Positions 12,614 through 25,799 of a stretch of 64,000 bases of DNA are shown here, in pieces. The position numbers were made by a program, and so were the translations under genes. The notes beneath the pieces were generated by a model that had not been told where the DNA came from, made no database searches, and saw only the letters and a program-made list of their open reading frames with translations. Source of the stretch: Octopus vulgaris (taxonomy: Eukaryota); the NCBI GenBank assembly GCA_951406725.2, contig OX597817.1, forward strand, positions 97,278,001-97,342,000. Reading direction: 5' to 3'. The first letter of the stretch is position 1, and each line of letters opens with the position of its first letter.

Positions 12614-13031
12614 CTTCATTTCTCTTTTTTGTTTTTTCTCTCTTAACTCAGTATGACTGAAACTTTGATGATATTCATTTCTTGTCGATCACTACTAACA
12701 CTAATAAGCTTTGTACATTCAAACAAATTGATGCACAGTTTTAATATTTATTGACTGTTATGAACATTTAAACTTGTCAACATCGAAATTCTTGAACACC
12801 TTTTTCTAATCCATAATTCTAAATTCGTCTGTTATGAACATTGAGACTTATAAAGATGCTTTTCTAATTCATAATTCTAAATTGATAAACAAAAAATATT
12901 GTTGAAACTAGTTTGGTATATATGTAAATAAATTTATTTTAAACAATTACAAGTTTTTCAAATTTAGGTGCATTTTCAACAACAAATTTGCCTACATGTT
13001 TCCCTGCGTGGAAATACACCCCTTTTTGTTG

Positions 13032-13099
<68 letters not shown>

Positions 13100-13134
13100 T
13101 GTATGTATGTATGTATGTATGTATGTATTATGTA

Positions 13135-13200
<66 letters not shown>

Positions 13201-13239
13201 ACAATTCTTAAGTTAGGAAAAATAAGCACTCATATTATA

Positions 13240-16200
13240 CTAGCTGAATCAGCGCCTTCCGGGCGGACGATTCAGCTAGTACATATCTTAACTCCTTTTC
13301 GTAGTTTGAAAGAAAAAAAATGAAAAGTTACTATAATTTACTTAAAGAATTTCCTTATAGACAACGTTGTCAGTGTAGATTCTTTTCATACCCTTGTACT
13401 CTGAGTCCAATGCCAATATATGCCCATTGTTCCCAGAACCAAACAGGAATTCCGTTATCTCAGTCCACCTTGGGTTGGTTGTCATAGTGATGAAGTAGTT
13501 TGGCTTTCCAGACTCTCTCACCAGAGCCATTCCAGCTTGGAAACTCCCTGTAAAACCGAGGAGAACCAGTATGTGATGGCGGAAGAATGATTTTAGACCT
13601 TACGTCATTCGTGTCATCATTTGCAATAGCATCCAGAAGTCCCTGGTACTTTTCAGTCTTGAGTTGCTTCTCAAGACTGAAGATTTGCTCTATCTTTGCA
13701 TATTGATAGCTTCTGTGGATTTGACTAATGTAATCTAACTTCCCATTGCTCTGTACTGCACAACAACATCCGCAGGTTTAATGTTTGGATTATTGGTATC
13801 ATCTCCCACCATGATCACAGTAACTTCTGATGCGGTCGGTGGATTGTAGGTTCTCTCATGTGACCCAGAAGGAATAAGCCGTTTGTCATGATGTATAATA
13901 ATATCACCGGCGGAACATTTTCCTGGTGCAGAGTATTCCTTAATTATATCCAATATCCTGCTTAAAACGTTTGACATGTGGACTGTGCTTTTGCAGTGTT
14001 CTCTGCAAATCTAGCAGGATGTTCTCATTAAGGTCATTGTCAGCTCCTCTGAATGACAACCTGTTTCTCATCTCATTTTCAGTGACAACGAAATATAGCT
14101 GTGCGTAGACTGGCTTCCTATTTACTACTTGTAGGAAACTTCCTATGCTGTGGTACAACTTTCCTTGAATCTTGAAAGTAGGCATAAAAGTGCTACCACC
14201 CGGTGATCCAACAGGCGGATTATCCAGTATATTATTGTAGTCACGAATTTTGTTCAGAAACATTTGATCGCATAGTACTTACATCATAGTACTTAGCTAT
14301 TAATTCTGGGGGCTTTTTTTTATCTGTGGACACATTGCTAATTTTTCCTTTGTCACAGCAGAGGGTAGTTTTCTCAGCACCCCAAAGGTAAGCTTTGCAG
14401 TCAGGGCATGTTCTGTTAAAAATGTTTCCACAGTAGTGCAACATAAGGCTTGGGCTTCGTTCTTTCTCATGAAAATCTACCATATCAACTTTCACAGCCT
14501 TTCTCTCGGTGTCAGCTCTTTGCTGATGAAGTCTCGATTGGTATCGTGCTTGGCTGTTTGTTTGTTACTGCTGAATTTGTGGCAGCGACGTGTTTTCTCC
14601 TAGAGTCCTGTTTCCTCAGTTTTCCTCCGTGCTTCTGTTTCTTGTAGTGTTTCCATTGCACAGCGTTTCTGTGTTCTCATTTGATTCGCATTCCTCTGTG
14701 CTTCTGAATCTTCTGCATGGGTTTCCTGTCTCCTCAGCCAATCTACATCTCTCCGTGCCTATGTTTCTTCTTGTCTTTCCACCGTACGGGTTTCTTGCAT
14801 TCTCCTTCGCTTTATTTTGAGACACCGAGAAAAGCTAGGTCTTTGTTTCCTTCAATTAGCGTCTGTTGTCTTTGTTCAGCGATCTTTTGTGAACGGGAAT
14901 TTTTTCGGGACAGGTTGTTGTCCTTTCTTTTTCTGGGCATAGTGTACTGATGAAAGCGTGAATATTTATGACAATTATTCAATGAAAGTTTTGAGACGAT
15001 TCAGCTAGTGTTTGAGCCAATTTCTCTGAACGGGAAGTTTTCACGGTATTTATTGTAAGTATTTACCTTAGGTATTTATTTACAATTACACCACTCTCGC
15101 TAAACACTATTTTAAAGAGTGCTTTTTCCGTCGCTGAATTGCTCTAAACGAATGTAACAATTAAAATGTCAGAAATTTAGTATTTTTAAGGTAACAGTCG
15201 AACCTATTTTCAAGCAGTCGAATGCGCAAAGTTTCCGAAATTTTCATATTTTCTACGTCTGCTATTTCAGAATTCTACGCATGCGTGAAACATCGGATGA
15301 AAATACATTCAATAACATATTCATACAGGCAACGACATAAACAGGCATAACAATAGCTCCGACGGCATGAAAATAGGTCCGACAAATTTTATTATTTTAT
15401 TATTAAAAAATACTAAATTTCCAGCATTTTTATGGTCAAATTCGTTTACAGCAATTCAATAACATAGAAATCGCACCTTAAGATAGTATTTAGCGAGTAT
15501 GGCGTAATTGTAATTTTCACCGAAGTCTAACAGTGTTTCTATGTTTCTTTTCAAAATGACATCGATAGAGACATTTGAAAGAACGCAACCGGTTAAGAAA
15601 GAATGAAGAGAGGTAGTAAATATGTGTGTGTGTGTGTGTGTGTGAGTTATGAGAGGTAACACTGTTTGAGAGAGTGAGTTCAATACTTAATATATATTTG
15701 TGAGAGAGAAACATCAAGGTAACACCGAAGGAGACATGGGAAAGAGTGCAACTAGTTAAGAGAGAGTGAGTTAAGAGAAGCAGTAAATATGTAGGAGGGA
15801 GAGAGAGAGACTTATGAGTGGTAACATTGAATGCAATTCTGTCAATTACCACTCCTCACACTACAGCTCTCAATAAGAGAAAGAGGTAGTAAGCATGAGG
15901 AATAGTAGGAGAGTCACTGAATGGTGAGAGAGAGGTAATTCGTGTTGTCGGATTTTACCAGACTGGAACCGGACCGGGGTATTTTCGTGAATTCCATATA
16001 GATGTTGACACTATCCAGTTACCCACAGTTCCTCGTGCCAAGCAATGTGGCCACAATGTCAGGGATCGGTTCACATAAATTTAGCATTTGAATGCGGTCT
16101 CCTCGGGAATCCCATAGAAATGTTGACACTCTCCCAGTACCCACGGATCCTCATGCCAAGTTTGGTCGAAATCGGTTCTTTGATTGTGAAGGAGATTCGT

Positions 16201-16255
16201 AACAAAATTTTGACAGACACACACACAGACGTAAATAGCGCAATTATAGTATAGA
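13240..16255 (-). mobile_element. Helitron, internally deleted (Rep N-terminal half only)
   Basis: 5' end A|TCTATACTATAA at 16255. 3' GC hairpin (cgcccggaaggcg) followed by CTAG|T at 13240. Rep coding remnants inside. Confidence 0.88.
13440..14940 (-). pseudogene. Helitron Rep/helicase N-terminal remnant
   Basis: MPRKRK start; Zn-finger CPDCKAYLW..E..TLCCDKGKI; IRDYNN; PTFKIQGKLYHSIGS; YAQLYF; HERTYNPPTASEV; ILPPSHTGSPR; GKPNYFITMTTNPRWTEI (Rep motif 1). Multiple frameshifts and no helicase domain. Confidence 0.88.
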
Positions 16256-16261
16256 TTAGTG

Positions 16262-19200
16262 GATTTATTTTTATTTTATTTTATTTTATTTTATCTAGTT
16301 TCAGCTAACGAGCTGTGGCCATGCTGGGGCACCGCCATTCGGTATTGCCACGTGATTTTACTCCACGAATGCATTTTAGCAATTGACATTTGGTGTATGA
16401 GAGAGTTTGATGCAGCTGCCCTCATCTGCACCTCCTGTCGTGAAGTTGGTTCATCTGGGACACCTGACAGGAAGAGATCCAGTTTTATTTTAAAGACATC
16501 TGCATCCACCCCATGCAGGTCTCTCAGGTCCTTCGGGAGGATATTGAAGAGCTGTGGACCTCTGAAGCCCAGGCTATCACAGTATCTTGTCCTACATCTT
16601 GATGGCAAATTTGGAGTCCTTGGCACTATGCAGTGACGCCCAGTTCTAGTATTTGTAACTCTCGATGCCTAAGTTTGGGACAAGTCCTTCCAGGATCTTC
16701 CGGATGTATATTATGGCATATCTTTCTCGCCTACGCTCTAAGGGATAGAGTCTTAATCTCTTGAGTCTTTCCCAATAGCTTATATGCTGCACAGAGGCTA
16801 TCTTCTTCGTGTAGCTTCGTTAGATCGCCTCAAGTTCTGTGATTAATTTGACACTGGTTGGTGACCATAGCTGAAAGCAAGAGTCAAAGTGGCTTAGGAC
16901 AAGTGTCCTCCAGAGGGCCATCATGGTTTCCTGGTCTCTTGTTCTAAAAGCTCTAAGAATCCATCCGGTCAGCCACCTACATTTCATTGCCAATTTAGCA
17001 ACATGCACATGAAAGGTTGCATCATTACTTATGTAAATACCCAGGTCTCGCACTGATTGTGCCTCTGGGATTGCAATCCCTCCAGGTCCAGTGTATTTAT
17101 TGGGTATTGCATTTAGCTTTGCATGCTGATAGCATAAAGCTTGAAACTTTTCAGCATTGAACTGCATGCTATTCTTTTCAGCCCACTTGTACATTTTGTC
17201 CAGGTCACATTGCAGGTGCATAGTGTCTTCTGGGTCCTGTATTACCTGTGAAACTTTTGTATCATCTGCATAACTTGTGATCGTGACTCTCTGCAGTTGT
17301 TTCAGCACCCAGGCATAGTGTTGTAGGAGCTGAGTTAGGCAGCTTCTTCCTGTTCGGAAACCATGTTGGGTGTCAGGCAGAAAGTTATTTTCTTCAAGGA
17401 AGGTGATTAGTTTCCTTCTGACTATTCTGACTGATGTGTGAGGTCAGAGAGATAGGTCTGTAGTTCTTGGCCTCCGCTCTGCTACCACCTTTATGAATAG
17501 GGCATATTTTACCCTCCTTCAGTTTTCTTGTAAGTTTGCCAGCTGCAAGGATGCTCTGAAAGAGGAGCTGCAGTGGTCTTGCTAGAACTCTTTTACATAC
17601 TTTTAGAAGGATTGCTGGGAATCCATCGGGGCCAGTAACTGAGTTTGGGTTCATTTCATCTATAGCCCTTATTACATCGTCTTCCTTTATATTGATGTAA
17701 TCAATCATCGTTGACTCTGATTTTATATCTGCAGTGGTGAAGAAGTCAGTTGGATTGCTGACTTGAAAATGCCCTAGGGGTGGAGTGAAAATACTTTTGA
17801 ATTGCTCATTTAGTATTTCACTTATCCTCATTGGATTTCCTGTGAGTGTTCCATCTTTTTCAAGGAGTGGCCCAATCCTACAGTGCACCGTGGCTGTTTC
17901 TTTGGCAAACTTGTAGAAAGCTCTGGGGTTAGATTTTATGTTGTCTATAGCCCAGGCTTCTTTGTCTGCTCTTTCTTTTTCATGGGAGAGTTGCAGACAT
18001 TTTTCAATTTCCAGCAGTTTTATTTTCAGGCACTGCTTTCAATTGTTTGTTTAGGCGATTTGAAACTTTTGTACGCCGTCTCATAAGAATTTTCCTCTCT
18101 CTGAGGATTTTGTTCTTGTGTACAGTGGCCTTTCTCTCTGGGACACATTTGTAGCATATGGCTTGCATCACAGACATGAATTGTTGAAGTTTCATGTCGA
18201 TGTCTGGTGAGGAGAGACATTTAGGCCAGTTTTGTTTGAAGATCTCTTTCTCAATTTGTTTCCAGTTTGCCTTATGGAAGTTCAAGCTGGAAAGATTCTG
18301 AGAGTTTCTTGTAGGCTGCATGTCCATGCTTTCCTTTGGCCCATACATGGTCAACTCTACCATGTTGTGATCCGAGAGTAGTATCAGTGTCACTTTCACA
18401 TTATGGATGAGATCCATATTACTTGTGAAGCAGAGATCCAGTATGTTACCTGCCCTGGTTAGTTGGAGTATTATTTGCTCCATGTACAGAGTGTTGATGA
18501 GGTTCAGGAGGGACCTCGCCTGTCCTCGTTCGTATCGTGTCATTCCTGGGAGAGAAAGGCCCTCGGGCCATCTGACATTGGGCAGATTGAAGTCTCCCAT
18601 AAGAAGTACACTTGTGTTGTTCTAATGTGACTAGAACTTCTATTTTTGTAAGGCAGTCTTCAAACTTGCCTATATGACTTAGAGCATCTGGAGGGCGATA
18701 TGTAGCACATATAACTACACTGAGTTGCCTTATATGTACAATTAGTGTGTCACACACCGAATTTGAGTATGACAAAAGGACCTGGGGTGTGAGGTCCTCA
18801 CGGATGTACATAGCAACTCCACCATGACTCCTTTCTTTTCTGTCGGTCCGTAATACAACATACTGTGGTATGTGCATTTCCGCATCTGCTATATCCGGTT
18901 TCAGGTGTGTTTCCGTAAGTGCTATGCATAAGGCTTGATTGCATGCCACAAGGTCTCTCAAGAAAGGAATTTTTGTCCTGTTACTGAGTGTTAGCAGTCC
19001 TCTGATGTTCAGTAGGAGCATCGAGGTGATGTGTGTGTTGTTGCCAGTGGTGTCCCCCTTGGGTCTATTTGCTGTGGTGGTCTTGTGTATTGTGGATAGT
19101 CCTATCTGTGAGTTTGAGTTTGATGGAGCCAGATTAGCTGCTGTACAATCTTTTGTGCCATGCACAAAAAAGATTCTTGTTTAGCATCTGCCCTTTCAAT

Positions 19201-19975
19201 AACATGTTGATGGTTTGTAACAAGAACTACATCTGCGTACCTCCGTTTTGGGGCAAGAGGTGCGTAGTCCTTTCCTTTTCCTTTTGGCAGTTGGTTTCCG
19301 CCCTGTTTCATGTTTATGTGGCAGGGTCTTTGGTGTGCAAAACGGCAGCCTGCACCTTCCTCTCCATGCCAGCAGACACCTTTCACGTAGAATTTATACA
19401 TTCGTGTGTGCTGTCTCTTTCTATCTTTTTTGGTATATGGATAGTCAGGTTTGCTTCTATCCTTGACTGTTTCATCTTTTGGTTTTGTTTGAGTTTTAGT
19501 TTTTCCTTCTTTGGCTGTTTCATCTTTTGTTTTTCTTTTAGTTTTTCCTTCTTTTACTTCTTTTTTGGCTCTTTCATCTCCGTGGTTTTGCCTTTTGATG
19601 CTGGTAGGGGCACTTGCACTTGGGTTTATTTCCTGGGCAGGTTTCTCTCTTGAAACTTCTTTGTTGTCCTGGGTGTCTACCAAGTGGGTGTGACATCATT
19701 CATCTGCATCCGTGCCTCCCTCCTTGTAATCTTTGCTTTTTTCGTTGTCAAAGATGGCATCAAGAGTCTTGATATGGGATCTAATGAATGCATAGGAGCG
19801 TATAAACACCTGCTTCTTTCGCTCTATCTGTGCTAACATCCTTGTGTAACCATTGCTCTTCAGCGTAGCTGTAATTATGTTGTTCGGATTATCTCCATCA
19901 GCACAGTACCATGCTCTCAAAAACAATTCCAATTCCATGCTCCTCCAGGTTCTGGACATTTCTTTTTGGATATTT
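16262..19975 (-). mobile_element. Near full-length CR1-like LINE (ORF1 with a CCCH-like finger; ORF2 APE and RT), decayed
   Basis: ORF1 KFYVKGVCWHGEEGAGCRFAH. APE: LLNIRGL, IALTETHL, RTDRKERSHGGVAMY, YRPP, GDFNLP, LDLCFT, SDHN. RT: GPDG, YRPISLTS, YADDTK. C-terminal GPQLFNILPKDLR. (TAAAA)n tail. Internal RT deletion near 17310. Confidence 0.92.
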
Positions 19976-20009
19976 TATTTATGTATTTATCTAATTATAT
20001 TTAAAATTT

Positions 20010-20395
20010 AGCAGTATGATAGAGGGTAGAGAAGAAATAGAGAAAGGAAGTGTCTATGTATTTAGAGAGATTGAGCGGCTGAAAGAAGATAAGAAGAGAG
20101 TAAGAGAGAGTGAGAGGAGAATGTTCGCGTCTATATATTTAGGAAGATTGAGAGGCTGAGAGAGGAAAGATGATGTGACAGAGAGAAGTAGAGAGACAGA
20201 GAAAGAGGCGTGATGGAGAGAAGTGAAGATACAGAGAGAGAGAAAGAAATGAAAGAGAGGAAGTTATGCAAAAGATTGAGCGGTTGAGAGAAGATAAGAA
20301 GAAAGTGAGAGAGAGTGAGAGGAGAATGTTCACGTCTATATATTTAGGAAGATTGAGAGGCTGAGAGAAGAAAGATGGTGTGATAGAGAGAAGTG

Positions 20396-20434
<39 letters not shown>

Positions 20435-20850
20435 AAGAGATGAAGTTATGCGAAAGATTCTACTTGGATAGTAGAATATATAAGTAAAGTAACAAATAAA
20501 TATATATCTATCTGCGAAAGTTCTCTTCTAAACTAATTATAAATATATATCTATCTGTAACTACAAAAGTTTTCTTCTAAACTAATTACGACTATATTTC
20601 TAATGTTCGTGTCTATATATTTAGGAAGATTGAGAGGCTGAGAGGAGAAAGATGGTGTGACAGAGAGAGGCGAAGAGACAGAGAGAGAAAAAGTAATGAG
20701 AGAGAAGAACTTATGCAAAAAAACTACTTGGATAGTACAATATATAAAAAAGTAATAAATAAGTAAATATATATATATATATAAATAAAGTAACAAATAA
20801 ATAAATACCTATCTGTAACTACGAAGCTTCTCTATTTACGATTATATTTC
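20010..20850. repeat. Degenerate GA-rich repeated units upstream of the LINE
   Basis: cgtctatatatttaggaagattgagaggctgaga or a close variant recurs at about 20128, 20333 and 20611. Confidence 0.7.
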
Positions 20851-21709
20851 TAAATAATTTTTACGATTATATTTCTAAATATAATATTTTTTTAAAATAT
20901 TTTTTTAAATGGAACAATTTTTTAATATTTTTAAATGAAACAATCTTAAACAAATGAAAAGGATTTTTGAATAATATTAAAGAGATATAGTGAGAAAATG
21001 ATAAAAGCAAAGTGGGCGCTGCAACAGAAATTGAAAGAAGATTATTCACAGAATGTAAACAGAGATGAGGTCCTAACTCAGACGTTACATTGAATTACAG
21101 GAAATTAAACAAATGAAACGGGTACTTATCCTCACAAAAGGCAAAAATTCCAAATCCGGTTCCTATACGAAGAAGTTTTCTTTCAACAAAGAAAAGAAAA
21201 CAATTCTTTTTGCTTCTTACAGTCGGCTGGAAATAAACTTACGATTTGCCTCCACGTGCTTTTTCGACGGAGAATCTTGCGTGCGTAACTAACTTTAATG
21301 TATTATATTTGGCCTGAAGCGAAATATATTACAGTTTTTAACTAATATATCCTAGCAGACCGCTACGTTTTTTATCAGTTTTAGCAGATTATTTCGTCGA
21401 TTTATGCAAACCTTTTTGTTTTTTTCATAGAGCGAAAGCAAACACGTCCTTTCTCTACGAAACCGGAAGTATATATATTATTACTATTATTATTATTATT
21501 GTTGACAAAATACAATATTATAGTCTCATAACTGTCAAATTACCAAATGGTTACATATACGAAGTTGAGACCTAACACCAGCAGACATCAGATATGGCCA
21601 AAGGGAATAAAATAAATATACTATTACTTTCAGCCATTTCTGATGATTGTGCTAAGTTACCAATTAGTTTCTTACCTATTGAGGTAAGAAACCAATTGGT
21701 AACTTAGCA

Positions 21710-21875
21710 CTTCGGTGACGTTTCCGTAACTTAGCGCTTCGTCAAAGATCTCGATAGAATAAGGAGCAGACTTTAAAAAAAAACATATGTACTGGGGTCA
21801 ATTTGTTTGACTATAACCCTTCTAGGCGGAGCACAGCATTGCTGTAGTCCAATGACTGAAACAAGTAAAAGATAA
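21710..21875 (+). mobile_element. SINE family 1, 3' fragment
   Basis: gtaacttagcg...gatagaataag...cagcattgctgtagtccaatgactgaaacaagtaaaaga. Confidence 0.65.
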
Positions 21876-22075
21876 ATCATGTCTGTATAAAGACACACAT
21901 ACATATACATATATATTGTATTTGTATGTATGTATGTATGTATGTATGTATGTATGTATGTATGTATGTATGTATGTATGTATGTATGTATGTATGTATG
22001 TATGCATGTTTGTATGTGTGTGTGTGCGTGCATGCACGTTTGTGCATATGTATGTAGAGATTGAAAGAGAGAGAG

Positions 22076-22110
<35 letters not shown>

Positions 22111-22514
22111 TCACCCGACAAATTTAAAACGTTCGTCACTGAAAATATTCATAATTATTCCCTTTCCAGTTTTCCAAAACATAGATGCAATCCTCATCAT
22201 ATCCTGTCATTCACCATTTAGCTCTCGCCATCGAGAAATTTAGCGAAAGTAATATTATTGCATCTAACATGCCAACCATACAAATCTGCTAAAGAAGTTG
22301 CATGCTCTGTGGGTCACACCAATCTTTTGTCTCTTGGATCGGTGACTTTCTGTCACCTCAATCTATCGCGGCGTGAATTGCTGGGCTCAGCTCTATCAGC
22401 TCTATTGTGTGACAGGATTCGGTTTTCTCATTCAAACTTTCCCTCCTCTACATCCAACTACGCTGCTTCCTCCTCAGACGGCACCACCTTTCATTCTTTC
22501 CCAAATTTTCGCAC

Positions 22515-22773
22515 CCAAATGAAATCCACATGCAACCTGTCCAGTTTGCTGGTCATTGTTGTAGAGCTGAAAACGAGGCAATTTCTACTCTTCTCCTCTG
22601 GAAGCCATCTACTCGCGATACCAGAGGGCGTACACTTTCCTACCCTGATGTAATCTCCAGGGATACAGGCATCCAGCAAAAGGACCTCCGTAATGCTATG
22701 ATGGACCATGAAGTCTGGCGTAGCATAGTAAATTTCATTGCCTCGACCACGGTCGAACAATGATGATGATGAG
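22515..22773 (+). mobile_element. RTE-like LINE 3' end
   Basis: QFAGHCCRAENEAISTLLLWKP...RGR..LSYPDVISRDTG..DLRNAMMDHEVWRSIV, followed by a (TGA)n tail. Confidence 0.8.
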
Positions 22774-24509
22774 ATATCTCATGCCAAATCTGCACTGATT
22801 CCATGAACAGAGACCTTCAAATTTACCTTGCACGTTTTACTTGTGGAAGTCGACTTGTAACTGTTCAAGGAGATTGTTAATTGCATCGATTTCGACTGGA
22901 AAAGGTTGCAAAGGAGAAAGGGCCAGCCCCTAACCACCTGATCATCTGGTAAAAATATCGAAAAGTAACGTTCTGTAACCTTCTCTGGGGTAATTATTTG
23001 AGGGGTTTGAGGTGCAGAACCAATGAGTGATCTTGTGCAGTAGTGAGTGATAGATCAATTGGTCTGGAGACTTTGCAATAGGGTACGGTCCCTCAATATT
23101 CTGGTCGATAGGTTCCATTTTGTAAGCTTGTCAACTACAAGTCAACGAGGCCTCTTCTACCTAGGCCCTCAACCAACTAGAAATTGTCAGATATCTTCAT
23201 AAATTAATTACTGATCACCCTAAATATGGACCAAACTTTTTTTTGTGATGTAGTCTTAGATACCTAAAAAAAACCCAGTTATGTCGTGAATGGAACATCT
23301 TTGATTATAGGTCTACTTAATTAAAGCTGACTTGGGGCTAATCAACAACAACAAACGTGAAAAACTTTCCTGTATAAATTTTCTCTATAATTTATTCTGC
23401 ATTCCACATTATTTGCGTAACTTTCCAACTTTGCCACTTCCGCTGTCCTGAACAACACGCAACCACCGTGAGAAACATTTTCACTAAATTCTTTTATTTT
23501 TTTGTTTCTTATTTTTATTTGATTTCAACTAAATATAGAATATTTACATAGCTACTATTTTTAATAAAAATAAAAATGCCAAAACACACACACACACAAA
23601 CACACACACTTATCCATATACACACTCACGTACATACACACACGCATTCATACAGACATAGACACAAATATACAGAAGTACATATCCATGTACTTTTGCT
23701 AATATCAATATTCTCTCTCTCTCTTAATCTCGGGAAAAGAGTTGAGTGGGCGCAGACGTATTGAAAACAAGGCAATTGAGGCATAATATCCTGGTGTATG
23801 TGTGCAAATGGGCTCATGGCTGTGGTAGTATGCTAGTGCAGTGATTACAAATACAGTGTTGAATATGCCAGTGACTGAGGTATTAAATGCTTTGAAAGCG
23901 AAAGTGAGGCATGCGGGCGCGTTGTAAAGGACAAACAGCTTTCTCTATGTACACGTGACCAAGGTGTAGTCTTACAGAAGCGTGTTGTGTCTACAAGGGC
24001 GTAGAGAGGATGAGAAAAAATCGAGAAAGGCATGGTGTGGTTCATGGATGTGACAGTGTTAGTGTGCAGATACATGTATGAAAGTTGTGTGGTGCAGCAA
24101 GAAAGGAATGAACAGTGTAAAAATGAGTGAACAAAAGTGATAAACTTAGCTGGAAAAAGTGTCTTTTCTTAAAAGTCAAGTGCTGAAAGTGAAAAAAAGA
24201 GGTGCATACAAAGAAAAAGAGTTGTTGAGAGTCGATGTGAGAATCTTAAATTTGCAGAATAGTTCGTAGCTAATGCAGTGTCTGTAGATCGGGACGGGAC
24301 GAAAAGTGTGTGCGTGTCGATTCAGGTCCGAATCTACTCTATGCCTAAATGAAGTCACTACAGATTCCATCAACCAAATTTTACTCATAGTAAGTCAGCC
24401 TGAGGCTATAGAAAATGGCATTTATCTAAAATGATACATAGCCGCATCGAACACAGGACCTAGATGGTGGGAAACGAACTTAACTATTCTGCTTAAAAAA
24501 CATGCTATA

Positions 24510-25408
24510 CGAGGGGGTACCCAAAAGAAATATTGCAAAAAAAAATTTTGCAATATTTTATTCACTTAGTTTTACATGTTTACTCTTTCATCACCTTCAA
24601 AGTATTTTCCATTTCGCGCAAGGTATCGCTCCAGACGCATTTTCCACAGTTTAAAGGGGTGCTGGAAGTTTTGCGAAGTGATACCTCTTAACGCTTCTGC
24701 CGTTTTTTTTTCTTCACCTCTTCCACACCAGCAAAGTCTGTAGCACCTGCTTTCATCACTAGTGATGACCTTCGAAAAAAGGTCCGGATTAACTCCCAAC
24801 TGTTCTTTCAGTTCACGACACATATTCAGTCTTGACTGCTTTTGATCTTGCGTAAGCAAGCAAGGCACTAATTTTGCTGCAACTCTTTTCATTTGCTATT
24901 CCTCGTTCAAAGTTCTTTTGGCAGGAGCTTCAGGAAACACCAGTCATATCAACAAATTTGTCAATTTGTTCAATGACGGTCCTCCAAGATCAGTTCATGA
25001 ATTTTCTTGATGTTTTCATACGTTCGGGAGGTCGACGGTCGCTCTGAACGACGTTGGTCATCAAGCAACAAGTGGCCATTCCTAAAGCTAGAAAATCACT
25101 CGTAAACTTGTGTTTTTCTCATGGCAGCATCCTTGTAAGTTGTTTGAAGCACGACAACTGTTTCGGCCGCCGTCTTCCCCAGCAGAAAACAGAATCTCAC
25201 GGAAGCACTCTGTTCGTTCGTTTCAGCCGTCGCAAAACTCGACGAACAGGGGAGAAGCACTGCAAAACAAAGACTCACCACGTGGCACAGGACGACGCCT
25301 GTCGGCAGATTAATGCCTATGGGTTGCATCAAGTGGCTATTAACGGCGGAATCCTGAACTACAACGGGTTTGTCCTACACAGAACGTTTCCTGTTAGTTA
25401 CCCCCTCG
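24510..25408 (-). mobile_element. Internally deleted mariner element
   Basis: TIR cgagggggta / taccccctcg flanked by TA. Transposase pieces: EQSASVRFCFLLGKTAAET..KTQVYE; KRVAAKLVPCLLTQDQK..KVITSDESRCY; WKMRLERYLARNGKYFEGD. Confidence 0.88.
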
Positions 25409-25447
25409 TATTGTACTTTTGGTTCAAAGTGCTCTCAGTATGTGTGT

Positions 25448-25496
<49 letters not shown>

Positions 25497-25529
25497 CTGC
25501 GAGAGACAGAGAATATATATATATAAAAC

Positions 25530-25760
25530 TTTTATCTTTTGCTTGTTTCAGTCATTTGATTGTGGCCATGCTGGGGCACCCCCTTAAAGGGTTTAATCGA
25601 ACAAATCGATCACAGTACTTTATTTTAAAACCTGGTACTTATTGCATTGGTCTCTTATTTCCGGACTGCTATGTTACGAGTTTGTGGATAAACTAACACC
25701 AGGTGCCAGGCGCTGATGGAGGGACAAACCTAAATATAAAGACACACACACACGCACGCA
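25530..25760 (-). mobile_element. SINE family 1, 3' half
   Basis: cttgtttcagtcatttgattgtggccatgctggggcac is the reverse complement of the SINE tail. Confidence 0.75.
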
Positions 25761-25799
25761 CACACGCACACACACATACACACACACACATATTCTTTT

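Larger units (their letters stand above)
10290..12960 (+). mobile_element. Penelope-like element 3' remnant (GIY-YIG endonuclease at 10445-10790) with an inverted terminal-repeat piece at its 5' side; interrupted by a MITE
   Basis: FTLKNHFTCASKNLI..CGGCGGDY.GQSSLTLR..HRQQIRDP..KHLDQC..KYQIFPLYQC..RLNKESILIK. Segment 10290-10415 is the reverse complement of the repeat at 50075-50200. The right boundary is approximate. Confidence 0.7.

Noticed and set aside
21712-21752. Hammerhead-like TTGACGA...GAAACGTC on the minus strand
   Set aside because: No stem II or stem I pairing; the sequence is a decayed SINE body.
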